Positions 47,818 to 61,179 of a stretch of DNA of 64,000 nucleotides are shown in pieces. How positions within the stretch are numbered: position 1 is the stretch's first letter; each line of letters starts with the position of its first letter. The notes beneath the pieces are model-generated. The model did no database searches, was not told the origin of the DNA, and saw only the letters and a list, made by a program, of their open reading frames with translations. The stretch is from Octopus sinensis. Lineage: Eukaryota. The translations under genes and the position numbers were made by a program. The DNA lies in assembly GCF_006345805.1 (NCBI RefSeq), contig NC_043024.1:15128001-15192000 (forward strand), read 5' to 3'.

Positions 47818-48040
47818 TGTGTGTGTGTGTGTGTGTATGTGTTTGTATGTCTGTGTTTGTCCCCCTAACATTGCTTGACAACAGATGCTGGTGTGTTTAC
47901 GTCCCCATCACTTAGCGGTTCAGCAAAAGTGACTGATAGAATAAGTACTGGGCTTACAAAGAATAAGTCCTGTGGTCGATTTGCTCGACTAAAGGCGGTG
48001 CTGCAGCATGGCCGCAGTCAAATGACTGAAACAAGTAAAA
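47601..48040 (+). mobile_element. SINE-A
   Basis: Homology to SINE-A; internal ACCAAATAG triplication at about 47712-47740. Confidence 0.88.
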
Positions 48041-48229
48041 AAAAAAATGATTTGACCCTTGAACTTATTTTTTTAAAATTCTGATACTTATTCCATCAGT
48101 CCTCATTTGCTAAACTGCTAAGTTAGAGAACGTTAACACGCCAACAACAGATGTCAATTGGTGGTGGCAGCGTCAGGAATTTCGGAAAGCTAATGGAGAA
48201 CATGGTTTTCCTTTGGTTTGACTGAAGAA

Positions 48230-48800
48230 TATACCACAGCCAATACCACCATGACCACCAGCACTGCTACTGCCACTGCCACTAATGCCACTGCTGGCAT
48301 CACAATGACAACAAAAATTACCACCACCCCAAACAACTCCACCCCCATCATCATGATCTCCATCACTACCATCACCACCACCACCACCACCACCACTGCC
48401 ACAATCACCTACACTACCGCCCTCACCACTATCACTACTACAAATACTACCGTTATCACTACTATCAGAATCTATGGTAGTCATCACAGCTACCATCGTC
48501 AACTACCACTGATACCACTATCACTACCACTAGTACTACCACCACCACCAATGCCACCACCAATGCCACCACTATTACTACCACCACCATCACCACCAAT
48601 ACCTCCACCTCCACAACTACCACCAACATTGCCACCAGCAAAGCTACTACTACTACTACTACCATCACAACTATCACCAACACCACTACCACCATTGCTA
48701 CCACCAATACCACCACCAACGCCACCGCCACCACCACAACTATAACTACTAGTACTACTACTACCACCACCACCACCAACACCATCACCACCATCACCAA

Positions 48801-48835
<35 letters not shown>

Positions 48836-49175
48836 TCACCACCATCAATGCCACCACAGCTACCACCAACACCACTAATACTACCACCATTACAACTATC
48901 ACTAACACTACCACCAACACAACCACCACCACCACCACTACCTCTGCTACTGCCTTCAGCGACACAAAACACCACTGATACCACCACCAACGCAACCACC
49001 ATCACCACTGCCACCACCACCACACCACCACCACCACCACCACCACCACCACCACCACCCCACCACCACCACCACCACCATCACCACCATCACCACCACC
49101 ACCACCACCACCACACCACCACCACCATCACCACCACCACCACCACCTCTACCTTCATCACCACTGCCCCACCCT
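48230..49175. repeat. Degenerate (ACC/ACT)n trinucleotide array
   Basis: Direct inspection; source of the poly-T/P/V/G pseudo-ORFs. Confidence 0.9.
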
Positions 49176-49680
49176 CACTGCCCAACTCCCACTTTCTATG
49201 CCCCCCCCCATTCGTGTGTGTGTCCCACCAATAATATATTTAAATGATAAAACATCACAAAACGAATCAATGAAAAGATTCTTTCTTTGGAAAAAAAAGG
49301 GGGAAAGCAGCCCCAAAAATGCAAATATAAAAGGGGAAAAAACTCCCAAAATCACATGTGAGGGAGGGAGGAGGAGGAAACTGTTTTAACCTGTGTGTGC
49401 GTGTGTGTGTGTATTAATGTGTTATGTGTAGGTATGTGTGTGCGTTGATGTGTGTGTACATCTGTGCACGGTGTGTGTGTGTGTGTGTGCTAGCATGTAT
49501 CTTTGTGTATGTGTGTTGGCATGCACACGTGTGTACATGCATATGTGTTAGTGAAACAAGAAACTGTTACCATGGCGATGAAAATCTCCCCAATATAAAC
49601 AGATATTGATGGCAAAGAAGACAACAGTGTCTTGATCAATAAATAAATACATGATGATGATAATAATAATAATAATAATG

Positions 49681-49732
<52 letters not shown>

Positions 49733-49735
49733 TAA

Positions 49736-49950
49736 TCCTTTCTACAATAGGCACAAAGGCCTGAAATTCGATGGGAGGGGAACTAGTCGATTACACTGCC
49801 CCCAGTGTTTCACTGGTACTTAATTTATTGATTCTGAAAGGATGAAGGGCAAAGTTGACCTTGGCGGAATTTGAACTCAGAATATGGTGATAGGTGAAAT
49901 ACTGCTAACCATTTTGTCCAGCGGGCCAACGATTCTGCCTGCTCACTGCC

Positions 49951-49952
<2 letters not shown>
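49736..49952 (-). mobile_element. SINE-C tail variant flanked on both sides by (TAA)n
   Basis: SINE-C core with alternative 3' end ...CAGGCCTTTGTGCCTATTGTAGAAAGGA(TTA)n. Confidence 0.8.
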
Positions 49953-50039
<87 letters not shown>

Positions 50040-50149
50040 AAGAATGATAATAATAATATGCACACACACATCAACGCACACACATACCTACACATAACAC
50101 ATGCACACACATCAACATACACACAAACGAACACACATACACACACACA

Positions 50150-51424
50150 GAACGACTTTATCTGCCAAGAAAAGAGGGAGGCCGTGGTCTTTTGCAACTG
50201 GCAATAACAATGAAGATTGCTACAATTGGCCTAGACACCTACCTGAAAAAGTCTGAGGACTGGATGTTAAAACTTGTCTCAAAACATGAAAACAAGAAAG
50301 CATCATTCTCAGTAACAAAACAGCAAAGGAATATCTAAGTGAATTCCGAATACAACCAATTTCGGAATTAGAGATAGACATACAAGAAACAAGCACAGAA
50401 AAAGCTAAGTGCATGAAAACCCGTGCCAAAACTGCGGCCTTAGATATTCTGAATAATAAATGGCAAGAAAAACCTCTCTATGGCAAATACCCAAAGAGAG
50501 CGAATAATGCAGATATTGACAAAGCCCTGACCCATCAATGGCTAATGGCCTCTGGCTTAAAATCTGAAACAGAGGGGTTTATCATAGCAGCTCAAGATCA
50601 ATGCCTACCAACAAGAAACTACCAGGCCAACATATTAAAGAACGGCAGTAGCCCAACATGTCGTGTATGCCGACAACAAAATGAGACCATTAATCATGTT
50701 GTCTCCAAATGCAGTCTTCTAGCGCCTACAGAGTACCTCAACAGATATGATAGAGCTGCACAATATATTCACTGGGTAATTTGCAGAAACCTGGATTGGC
50801 CCCATGAAAAAAACTGGTGGGAACACAATCCACCTCCAGTGCTTGAAAATGACCACATCTCACTCATCTGGAACTTCACCATCCAAACTGACAGAAAGAT
50901 AGATGCAAATAGGCCAGACATCATGTTGAAAAACTTCAGACAAAGAACATGCCTCCTCATTGATATGACTGTCCCAATCGATATAAACGTATCTGTCATG
51001 ACCTACCAAAAACTGAGCAAATATAAAGATCTTGAAATAGAAATCAGCAAAATGTGGAACCTGAAGACTAAAACAATACCTGTTGTCATAGGTGCCCTGG
51101 GAATGATAGCAAAAGGGGCTGATTGCTACCTAACTCAGATACCAGGAAACCCCAAAATGGCAGAAATTCAAAAGATAGTGCTCATGGGAACTGCTCATAT
51201 CCTACGCAAAATACTCTCTATGTAATCCCAAGGTTTAAAACAAACATTTTTTCTTTTTTAGTTTATGTATTAGACATTCACTAGTACAACACAAACCACC
51301 CACCCCCAAAATTAATGGCACACTAGGCATAACAACAATGTGAACTTCCAACCTGTTGTCTCTTGAGGTCTCTGGGTGAGACTTGGAGCCAACTTGTACA
51401 GACATAAAGCAAAAGTCAAACATA

Positions 51425-51425
<1 letters not shown>
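50150..51425 (+). mobile_element. 5'-truncated R4/Dong-type non-LTR retrotransposon (RT C-terminus, CCHC, restriction-like endonuclease)
   Basis: ERLYLPRKEGGRGL, one frameshift near 50325, then open frame to 51225 with CRVC..ETINHVVSKC, RYD, RPDI..LIDMT, KLSKYKDL; followed by (TAA)n. Confidence 0.9.
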
Positions 51426-51477
<52 letters not shown>

Positions 51478-51481
<4 letters not shown>

Positions 51482-51915
51482 TGATCGACATGAGCATCCC
51501 CTGTGATCATAATATCTCAGCGAAAGAGTTTGACAAGCTCAGAAAATATAAAGACCTACTCATTGAAATTGAGAAAATGTGGCATCTCAAGGCGGTTACA
51601 GTACCAGTGATCGTAGGAGCACTAGGAATGATCAAGAAGGGAACCGAAAATTATATGAGAATGATCCATGGCTTACCATCCCTGTAAGAAGTGCAAAAGA
51701 TTGTCTTAACTGGTACATCACGCGTATTGAGAAGAGCATTGTCGATGTGAGAAATGTTGCTGCTCATGTATTTTAATTTAACTTAAAAAAAAAAAAATGA
51801 ATGAACTATTGAGTTTGGTTTAATGGCCTACCAATGTATACTATGAGTTTCTTTGCCCTAGGAGTCGGGAAGACACTCGGCAAGAAATGGAAGCAAATTT
51901 GAAAGAAGAAAAAAA

Positions 51916-51917
<2 letters not shown>
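51478..51917 (+). mobile_element. Second, diverged R4/Dong-type element, extreme 5' truncation
   Basis: LLIDMSIPCDHNISAKEFDKLRKYKDLLIEIEKMWHLKAVTVPVIVGALG...; different 3' UTR; (TAA)n on both sides. Confidence 0.85.
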
Positions 51918-51967
<50 letters not shown>

Positions 51968-52004
51968 TGATAATAACAACAACAAAAACAATAATGATTT
52001 CAAA

Positions 52005-52183
52005 TTTTGGCACATGGCCAGCAATTTTGGGGGAGGGGTATGTCGATTATATTGGCCCAAGTGGATCAACTGGTACTTATTTTCTTGTCCCTGAAAGGAT
52101 GAAAGGTAAAGTTAACATCAGCAGATTTTGAATTCAGATGCACAAAATTTTGCTCAACGTGCAAACGTTTCTACCAGTTCACC

Positions 52184-52185
<2 letters not shown>
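52005..52185 (-). mobile_element. SINE-C tail variant in (TAA)n
   Basis: Homology to 49736-49952. Confidence 0.72.
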
Positions 52186-52240
<55 letters not shown>

Positions 52241-52243
<3 letters not shown>

Positions 52244-52787
52244 GCCCTGATGTAGTACCAGGCAATGGCTCTCATGGCTTCTGATCTTAACTGATTGGAA
52301 GTGTTATCATGTACATTGTTTTGTCTTGGTATAAAAGATGGGCCACAGCAAATATTCTGCTCAATACCACAGATTTGCTTGTCAGTTGTTTGACCTTAAC
52401 CAGTTGACCATGTCCCTTAGTGGTTGAAGATATGTACATCTCTGATCACGAGCAGAAGTAGTGGGGGAGCATCGTAGCCATGTGTTGAGAGGGATTCTTT
52501 GGAGTTTGGATAATTCACCTCTGGAAACATGGGTGTTTCGTTCAACATCCTTAAACAACCCTTATTCAGGGACCTTCTGGTTACTCAACCAGAAGAAAAT
52601 TCTAACTGGGCCCCACCTGCAAGGTCATGTGCTGTTTATCTTGATATGAGATTACCATGTTGCGCACATATGGTTGTGATGCATGTGCCTGGTGTACCCT
52701 TATCAGACAAGTAGTCATGATGGGTATACTGGGCTTCGTATATTTTACCCCAGTGTCACTTTGATGGCATACAATACTCTCTCACTC
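52241..52787 (+). mobile_element. ~550-bp non-coding element in (TAA)n
   Basis: ATGCCCTGATG...CTCTCTCACTC then (AAT)n; second copy at 14625-15155. Confidence 0.82.
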
Positions 52788-52829
<42 letters not shown>

Positions 52830-52830
<1 letters not shown>

Positions 52831-53025
52831 GTTTAAGATTTTTCCACAAGGGCAGCAATTTTGGGGGAGGGGATGAGTTGATTACATTGACCCCATTGTT
52901 CAACTGGTACTTAATTTATCGACTCTGAAAGGATGAAAGGCAAAGTCAACCTCGGTGGAATTTGAACTCAGAATGTGAAGACAAGTGAAATTCCACTAAA
53001 CATTTTGCTGGCATGCCACCTTAAT
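52830..53025 (-). mobile_element. SINE-C tail variant in (TAA)n
   Basis: Homology to 49736-49952. Confidence 0.72.
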
Positions 53026-54829
53026 ACTACTTTAATAATAATGATATTAATAACAATGATGATAATGACGACGATGACGGCAACGATAATAGTAATAAAA
53101 TAATACAGCATTCTTTAACACTCTGAATCATGTAAGGATTTTTCCCAGAATGCTATCCCACAATAAATGGTCATATAAATAAAGCACATGCATTATGTAT
53201 GCATGACCAATAATGTTTATATGTGTGTGTGTGCATGATAGCTGCAACTTGATTTTGAACAAAGCCTTCACTTTATTGTTCTCTTAAACATGAGCAGCGT
53301 GGATGTAACTTTTCAATTCTGCCAGAAAGCCTACACTTTTTTGCACAAATAGAGCAACAATTGATGCCTTTTGCAACAGGTATTCAGAGAACTAACTATC
53401 CATGCTGATACACGAGAGAATTGTTAATAGAGTTATTAAGAATGAAGCAATGCCTGTATCTAAAGATTTTTAACCTTTAGCACACTGTTGGTGCAATATG
53501 TCACCATATGAGTTTTCTCCCCTGCAGTAACAGGGCAGTGGCAAGGAAAACAATTCTAGAGGAAATGCAATATGCTAAATGTTAAAGTGGGGGAAAACCC
53601 TTGCACAAGATCAATCCCTCTCTCTAAAAAAACGTTTGTATTTGTCCAAATGGGAGAATTAGTCTACTGGATCAGATGCAAATGAAATCACAGGTATCAT
53701 GTCAGAGTTTTCTTTTTTCTAAAGAGATGTCTAACACTTTAGCATTCAAACTAGTTGTATCCAGTCTAAATATTTTACCTGTTTTATGTTCGGGAGTGGC
53801 CGTATGGTAAGTAGCTTGCTTACTAACCACAACTGTGTGGCATCTTGGGCAAGTGTCTTCTACTATAGCCTCGGGCCAACCAAAGCCTTGTGAGTGGATT
53901 TGGTAGATGGAAACTGGAAGAAACCTGTCGTATATGTATATATGCGTATATGTATGTGTGTGTCTGTGTGCGTGTATATACGTTTGTGTGTCTGTTTGTC
54001 CCCCCAGCATCACTAAAGAGAGAGAGAGAGAGAGAGAGAGATAAATGCAAAAGAGGGACTTTGGAAAGACTCAAAGACAAGTGACAGCTAAGAACTCTCA
54101 AAGTTATGGGATAACGCATGATTAATTCAAAACAATTGGAATAAATAAGCATTAGATTTGACAGAATGATCTGAATAATAAAGGGTTAAAGAAAGATTAG
54201 GGGTCTTTCATGCCCAGCTGTTGTACGGCTATTGATTTTACTGAGCTCGTCCACCCTTTGGCAGGGTTTGCTTACATCCTACCGGGTGCCCTATGAAAAC
54301 TACCCTCTTTAGCAAGCATATGTATATATTGTTGTTGTTGGTAGTCTCCTCTCATAGTCCGAGAAATACAGTTCTATGATTTCTTGGTGAACAAACGGAA
54401 CAGACGGTTTGTTTATAGGGATAAAATTCATGTGCTGTGCATTAGCCCACTCCCTCCTCTGAACTGATGCTGGCTGAACAGGTGTGCAGGGTGTACCATG
54501 GGTCAGGTGTCAAAGTGGTTGCAGTGTAATGGGAAATGAACACAACACACTGCTTGGTCCAGGAATTGAAATAACCAAAGCCTTGTGAGTGGATTTGGTA
54601 GATGGAAACTGAAAGAAGCACATCGTATATATATGTGTGTGTATGTGCTTGTGTGTCTGTGTTTGTCCTCCACCAACATCGCTTGATAACCAATGTTGGT
54701 GTGTTTACATCTCCATAACTTAGTGGTTTGGCAAAAGAGATCAATAGAATAAGTACTAGGCTTGCAAACAATAAGTCCTGGGGTCAATTTGTTCGACTAA
54801 AGGTGGTGCTCCAGCATGGAAAGAAATAT

Positions 54830-54835
54830 ATACTA

Positions 54836-54878
<43 letters not shown>

Positions 54879-55284
54879 GTATTATATATTATATATATAT
54901 ATATATATATATGCATGCGTGTATATATATGTGTGACTCATATGCAGATGAGATTCTACACACTTTCTGACATCTGAATTCCTCTCATAAGATTTTGCTC
55001 AGCATAAAATTTGGTGGAGATTGAACTCGCCACTCCATGGTTGCAAAGCAGAGTTACTAACCTTCGAAACACAACTGCATGTGCATGAGATGAATAAAAC
55101 ATTGATTGTTCAATGACCAGTTTCAACTGCAAAATCCCTACATACAAGCATACATACATACATTCATACATTCATACACACACACCACACACACATACAC
55201 ACAAACACATACATACAAACATATATACATACATACACATACACACATATATAATATATATATATATATATTATAATATATAAT

Positions 55285-55354
<70 letters not shown>

Positions 55355-55384
55355 ATATAATATATATATATACATACATATATA

Positions 55385-55428
<44 letters not shown>

Positions 55429-55464
55429 TATATACATATACATATATATATATAATTATATATA

Positions 55465-55558
<94 letters not shown>

Positions 55559-55918
55559 TATATATATATATATATATACGTATATTGTCGTGTTTATAAG
55601 GGGAGGGGGTTAAAAATAACATGTTTACGGCGGCACTTTTCCAATACATACAGAACACTGAAAGCATACAAAAATAAATATAATATAACGAAATAAAATA
55701 AAGAACGAAGTAGAACTTGTAGTTGCTAGAAAACACCTAAATATTACACAACAGAATTATTCTTGCAAATCTCAGATCTTTGTATCATATTATATTATGC
55801 AGAGGCTAATGTCATTTTTCAAAGCCGAGTAATTCTCATTTATCTTTCTACCAGCGACGGACATCAAAGACATTAGTGTCTTGCAGAAGAGAAGACACAA
55901 GCATTTACATACATGCAT

Positions 55919-55952
<34 letters not shown>

Positions 55953-56115
55953 GCAGACATACACACACACACTCTCTCTCTTTCTCTTTTTCTTACACAC
56001 ACACATACACACACAACACACACATGCACATATATGCATAAAGTTTATATATATATATATATATGAATATATATATGAGTATGTATATGTGTGTACATAT
56101 ATATACATATATATA

Positions 56116-56158
<43 letters not shown>

Positions 56159-56420
56159 CACATATGTATATATACATAAACATATGTATATATACATATA
56201 CATATATATATATGTGTGTGTGTGTGCATATATATATGTATATGTATATATATATATATGTATATATGTATATGTATATATATATGTATATGTGTGTATA
56301 TATATATATATACATACATATATATGTATGTATAATATATGTAGGCACACAGAGACCACACACACACACACACACACACATGTATGTATATATAAATATA
56401 TACAAACATATATATATATA
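54830..56420. repeat. Long (TA)n-dominated compound microsatellite region
   Basis: Direct inspection, with short unique islands. Confidence 0.8.
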
Positions 56421-56853
56421 CAAAGAAAGAGTATGAGAGAGAGAGAACAGTAAGAAAGGGAGAAAGAAAGAGAGAAAGATAGAGAGAGAGGAAGAAAGTG
56501 AGAGAGAGAGACCGAGAGGGAACTTATAGATTTCTCTTTCAGTCATCATCATCATCATCATCATTCGCTCCCCGCCACTCCACTAAAAATTGATTTTAGA
56601 TGCCTTTGACTTTTAGAATCTCTTAGAATTCGAAGAAACATTTGAGGTTGGAATTTTGTGATTTTGTGATTTTGAAATTACAAGATAAATATTAAATAAA
56701 ATAATCTCAAAAAAAAAAAGAAAAACAAAAAACAAAGGCAAAACAACCAAAGCCAAAAAAAAAATTCAACAAACAAAACCCCCTCCACCATGACCACCAC
56801 AACCAAAACAAAAATCTATTGTCTGACTGTTATATTTCAGATGTAATAATGTC

Positions 56854-56909
<56 letters not shown>

Positions 56910-57289
56910 TAATAATAATAATAATAATAATGATAATAATAATAATAATAATGATAATAATAAAAAAAGTGGTAAAATGAAATTCCTGAAAAGAGGAAAA
57001 AAGGGATTTTCACTTATTCCACTTATTCTGGGTTTGGTTACTGTCATTAGAGCACGGTCATACTGGAGCATTATTTCTTTTTAAGGGTTTTTGTCTAATC
57101 AATCATATCGACCCCAGTTTTTCAGTCTGGAATATATTGTATTGATTATTGATTGATCTTTATTGATCACATGACTATGTTTTACTGTTTTGGTATTAGA
57201 TGGTGTATAGACTGAAGCATATTTTGTTTTGCACAAATATATATACACTCAAAAATACATACACACATAAACAGAAACACATACACATA

Positions 57290-57902
57290 TAGGTGCAGGA
57301 GTGGCTGTGTGGTATGTAGCTTGCTTACCAACCACATGGTTCCAGGTTCAGTTCTACTGCATGGCACCTTGGGCAAGTGTCTTCTACTATAGCCTCAGGC
57401 CGACCAAAGCCTTGTGAGTGGATTTGGTAGATGGAAACTGAAAGAATCCCATCATATTCAGTATGTGACCACGTGTGTATCGTTGGTGATTTTCTTTCTT
57501 TCTCTGTCTTCCCTTCCTTGGACCTTTCCTTCTTCTATATTTCTGACGAAGAGCTCTGCTCGAAACGTTAAATCCTCCTTCTTTCTTTCCTTTCCTGAGT
57601 GTCCAATAACACTAAACTTGTTCCACGTCCACGCGCTGTTGTGTTTTCTCTTTGTGTTTCATGTTTGGATTAACTATATATATGTATATATATGTGTGTG
57701 TGTGTTTGTGTGTTTGTACCCCCGACATTGCTTGACAACCGATGCTGGTGTGTTTACATCCCTATAACTTAGCAGTTCGGCAAAAGAGACCAATAGAATA
57801 AGTACTAGTCTTCCAAAGAATAAGTCCTGGGGTTGATTTGCTTGACTAAAGGCGGTGCTCCAGAATGGCCGCAATCAAATGACTGAAACAAGAATAAAAG
57901 AA
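57290..57902 (+). mobile_element. SINE-A with hammerhead cassette (57458-57675)
   Basis: Third, more diverged composite copy. Confidence 0.85.
57539..57573 (+). ncRNA. Minimal type-I hammerhead ribozyme motif, family A (best-preserved copy)
   Basis: attt-CTGACGA-a-gagc(tct)gctc-GAA-ACGT-T-aaat. Confidence 0.65.
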
Positions 57903-58124
57903 CATGTATATACACACACACACACACACTCATATATACAAACACACACAGGCACACATGCATAGACATACAGAAACACATGCATATATATGCATACACA
58001 CACATACACTCACACACGTATACAAATACACATGCACACACAGACACATACATATACAAACACACACATATGTACACGTACACACATAAATGTATACATA
58101 TGGAGAAACACAAACATAATATTC

Positions 58125-58353
58125 TTTTATTCTTTTACTTATTTCAGTTATTTGACTGTGGCCATGCTGGAGCCCTGCCTTTAGTCGAACAAATCTATCT
58201 TAGGACCTATTCTTTGTAAGCCTAGTACTTATTCTATTGGTCTCTTATGCCAAACCATTAAGTTATGGGGATGTAAACACACCAGTATCGGTTGTCAAGT
58301 GATGTTGGGGGGAAAAACACAAACACACAAATACATATATACATGCATACAAT

Positions 58354-58415
<62 letters not shown>

Positions 58416-58565
58416 CAGGCTTCTTTCAGTTGTCCATCTACCGAATCTACTCACAAGGCTTTGGTCGGCTTGATGCTATAGTAGAAGACACTTGCCCAAG
58501 GTACCGCACAGTGGGTTGAACCCAGAACCATGTGGTTGGGAAGCAAGCTTTTTAACACATAGCCA
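58125..58565 (-). mobile_element. SINE-A
   Basis: Homology to SINE-A. Confidence 0.82.
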
Positions 58566-58609
58566 TATATATAATATGTTCTGTTTAGTACTCTATGTAT
58601 ATAGTATTC

Positions 58610-58667
<58 letters not shown>

Positions 58668-59354
58668 GATAGATATGCAAGCATGTCAGTATATGTCTAT
58701 CTTTGTCTGTGTAGATACACACACACACACAATATGTCCTATAGGTATTCTTGATGTGAATGGTGTTATATATTTTAAAAGACTAAGACTGATTTTTGTC
58801 TTTCCCCTTCCTGGGGTTGATAAAATATAAAGCCAATGAAATCCAGGGGAAAATTTAATATTCCTATAAAGCATCCTAGTTGAGAATGGAATTAAACCAG
58901 TGACACAGAAAGGTACCATTGCACTTATAAGAATTACGACCTTCATTTCAAAAGAACTATTGAAACAGACAATTAATTTATTCGAAATCAAAGTCTACAC
59001 AATAAAAGTTCTTAAATGAATACCACACGATTGATTGAGGTCGTTGGTCACTAGCTTAAACTAATTACTATTAAAAGCAAACAACATTAGTATCTACATT
59101 GTTTACAAAGTACGACATAAATGAAAATAAAGGTATATTATATATTAACAGCTATCAGTTAACGAACAGAATCACTTTGACAAAAGAATATGTATTCTAT
59201 TGTTGTTTGTGGGCTGCCATCAATTTTTATGAGCTGGCTTCCCTCTCCATCGTTTGTTTCTCTCCAAGCAATCAACTGACAATCAACTCTTTCTCATTCT
59301 TTAATGGAGATAAACGATTGGTATTTAATATGAATGATAAAAGACACCATACAT

Positions 59355-59378
59355 ACAACATATATATATATATATATA

Positions 59379-59430
<52 letters not shown>

Positions 59431-59432
59431 TA

Positions 59433-59485
<53 letters not shown>

Positions 59486-59534
59486 TATTATATATATATA
59501 TACATATATATATATGTATGTATATGTGTATATG

Positions 59535-59565
<31 letters not shown>

Positions 59566-60000
59566 TATATATATATAGATATATATATGTATATGTGTAT
59601 ATGTCCAACCCATGCTAGCATGGAAAGCGGACACTAAACGATGATGATGATGATGATGATGATATATGCAACTATACTTATATACATATATATATATGTA
59701 TATGTGTGTATACATATGTATATACATATGTATACACGCATATACAGACACACACACATACAGATATATACATACACATATACATATATATGCACATATA
59801 TACAAATACATATATATATATATTCATATATCATATGAATATGCATATATTATATATACATGCACACATATGTGTGTGTATATATATAAGTATATATATA
59901 TACTTACGCATACACATATGTGTGTGAGTGTGTATATATGCATTTGTGTGTGTGTGGTGTCGTGTGTGAGTGTGTGTGTATGTATATTCATATATATAGA
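59355..60000. repeat. (TA)n/(CA)n compound microsatellite containing a short RTE tail remnant
   Basis: Direct inspection; CCAACCCATGCTAGCATGG at about 59605. Confidence 0.85.
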
Positions 60001-60679
60001 TCAATGATGATAAAAGACAAAAATAAAAAAAATAAGAAATATAGATAAAGATCAATAAAAAACAGAAATAATTTATTGGTTTCCAGGTTTTCTCTGCAGC
60101 CTCTGGACACAGCTAAGCACCAACAGTAAGCCCCACAAAACCGGAAGTATTCAAAGTCGAACCTCAAAAGCAGTCTTCACAAAGCCATTCATTTGAAACA
60201 TAATTTCATCAAAGCAGAAAAAGGAATGTTTCACAGGGAGAAGTAAAAGAAGCTTCAGCAAGCTCTGCCTGTAGTAGAGTTTCCTATACCAGATCAAAGT
60301 TACTCCGCTTCAAAGGTATTTTGAACATCTCTCTTTTACTTGATTGAAGTCATTGGACAGCAGCCATGCTGGGGCACCTCCTTGAAGTCTTGAAGAGACT
60401 ATATATTATTGATTGATTAGTTTTTTCTTCTCGTTAGACCACTGGTAGCAAAAAAATTTCTAAATAATTCTTTTACTACCCTGAAATTTATTAATATATA
60501 TATATATATAAAGATAGTGAAGTATATTTGCCAATTAAATGTGGCTAACCCCTAAAGGTGGATGCTACTGTAGCTTGTAGCCCCAGGAGGACACCTGCTC
60601 CAGCTGGCTATTGACACACTTTCTGTGCCCTATCAGTATTTGCAAAGGGAAGCCATCCTTCCCGTCTTCAACCTATGAT

Positions 60680-60725
60680 ACACACGGACTCGAACTTCTG
60701 GGTATTGACCCATCATCAGTGTGTG
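60680..60725 (-). ncRNA. Degenerate type-I hammerhead-like motif, family D
   Basis: cacaca-CTGATGA-tgggt(caat)accca-GAA-GTTCGAGT-C-cgtgtg. Confidence 0.4.
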
Positions 60726-61179
60726 ACAATCACTGGTTGTCAATAAAAAGTAGGTTCCCTTTGCAAATATATATCCATTTTTCAGTGACGAAAAGTCACT
60801 GATATCGAAAAAGTGTAAACAAGCAATAATAGATCTCTGAGCGAGGTATATATATATATTCCATAGAAAGACAAGATTGAAAAGACAGGACAAGACCAAA
60901 GAAAAGAGGGGATACAAAGAACAGATTGTCATGGAAGAGGTCACAGAATGTGTGATGAAGGCACTCTGATGAATAAACTAATGATAATAATAGTAAAAGT
61001 ATAGACATATAAGAGATGCAGCAATATTGGAGGAAGGTTAACAGGGAAAATAGTTTTTGTGTGTGGAAGGTGCACAGGTACAATGAACAGTAAAAATGGT
61101 CAGAAAATAGACTCCATTCAATGCCAGTAGGGAAAGCTAGTAGTTAATAGCTTCTGTTATCGAGGTGACCAAGTCAGTA

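Noticed and set aside
48173-49234. Gly/Thr/Pro-rich ORFs of 100-176 aa
   Set aside because: Products of a degenerate (ACC/ACT)n array that is open in several frames on both strands
55010-55085. tRNA-Ala-like sequence on the minus strand
   Set aside because: Acceptor and D stems do not pair; more likely a decayed SINE head than a tRNA gene
59200-59260. Unique island with CATCAATTTTTATGAG, a homeodomain-like site cluster
   Set aside because: Short motifs are expected by chance in AT-rich DNA; conservation data needed
60075-60320. Possible host exon (polypyrimidine-AG, then unique sequence, then AAAG/GTATTT)
   Set aside because: Stops in all three plus frames and no recognisable peptide; could only be a non-coding exon, which cannot be judged without RNA data
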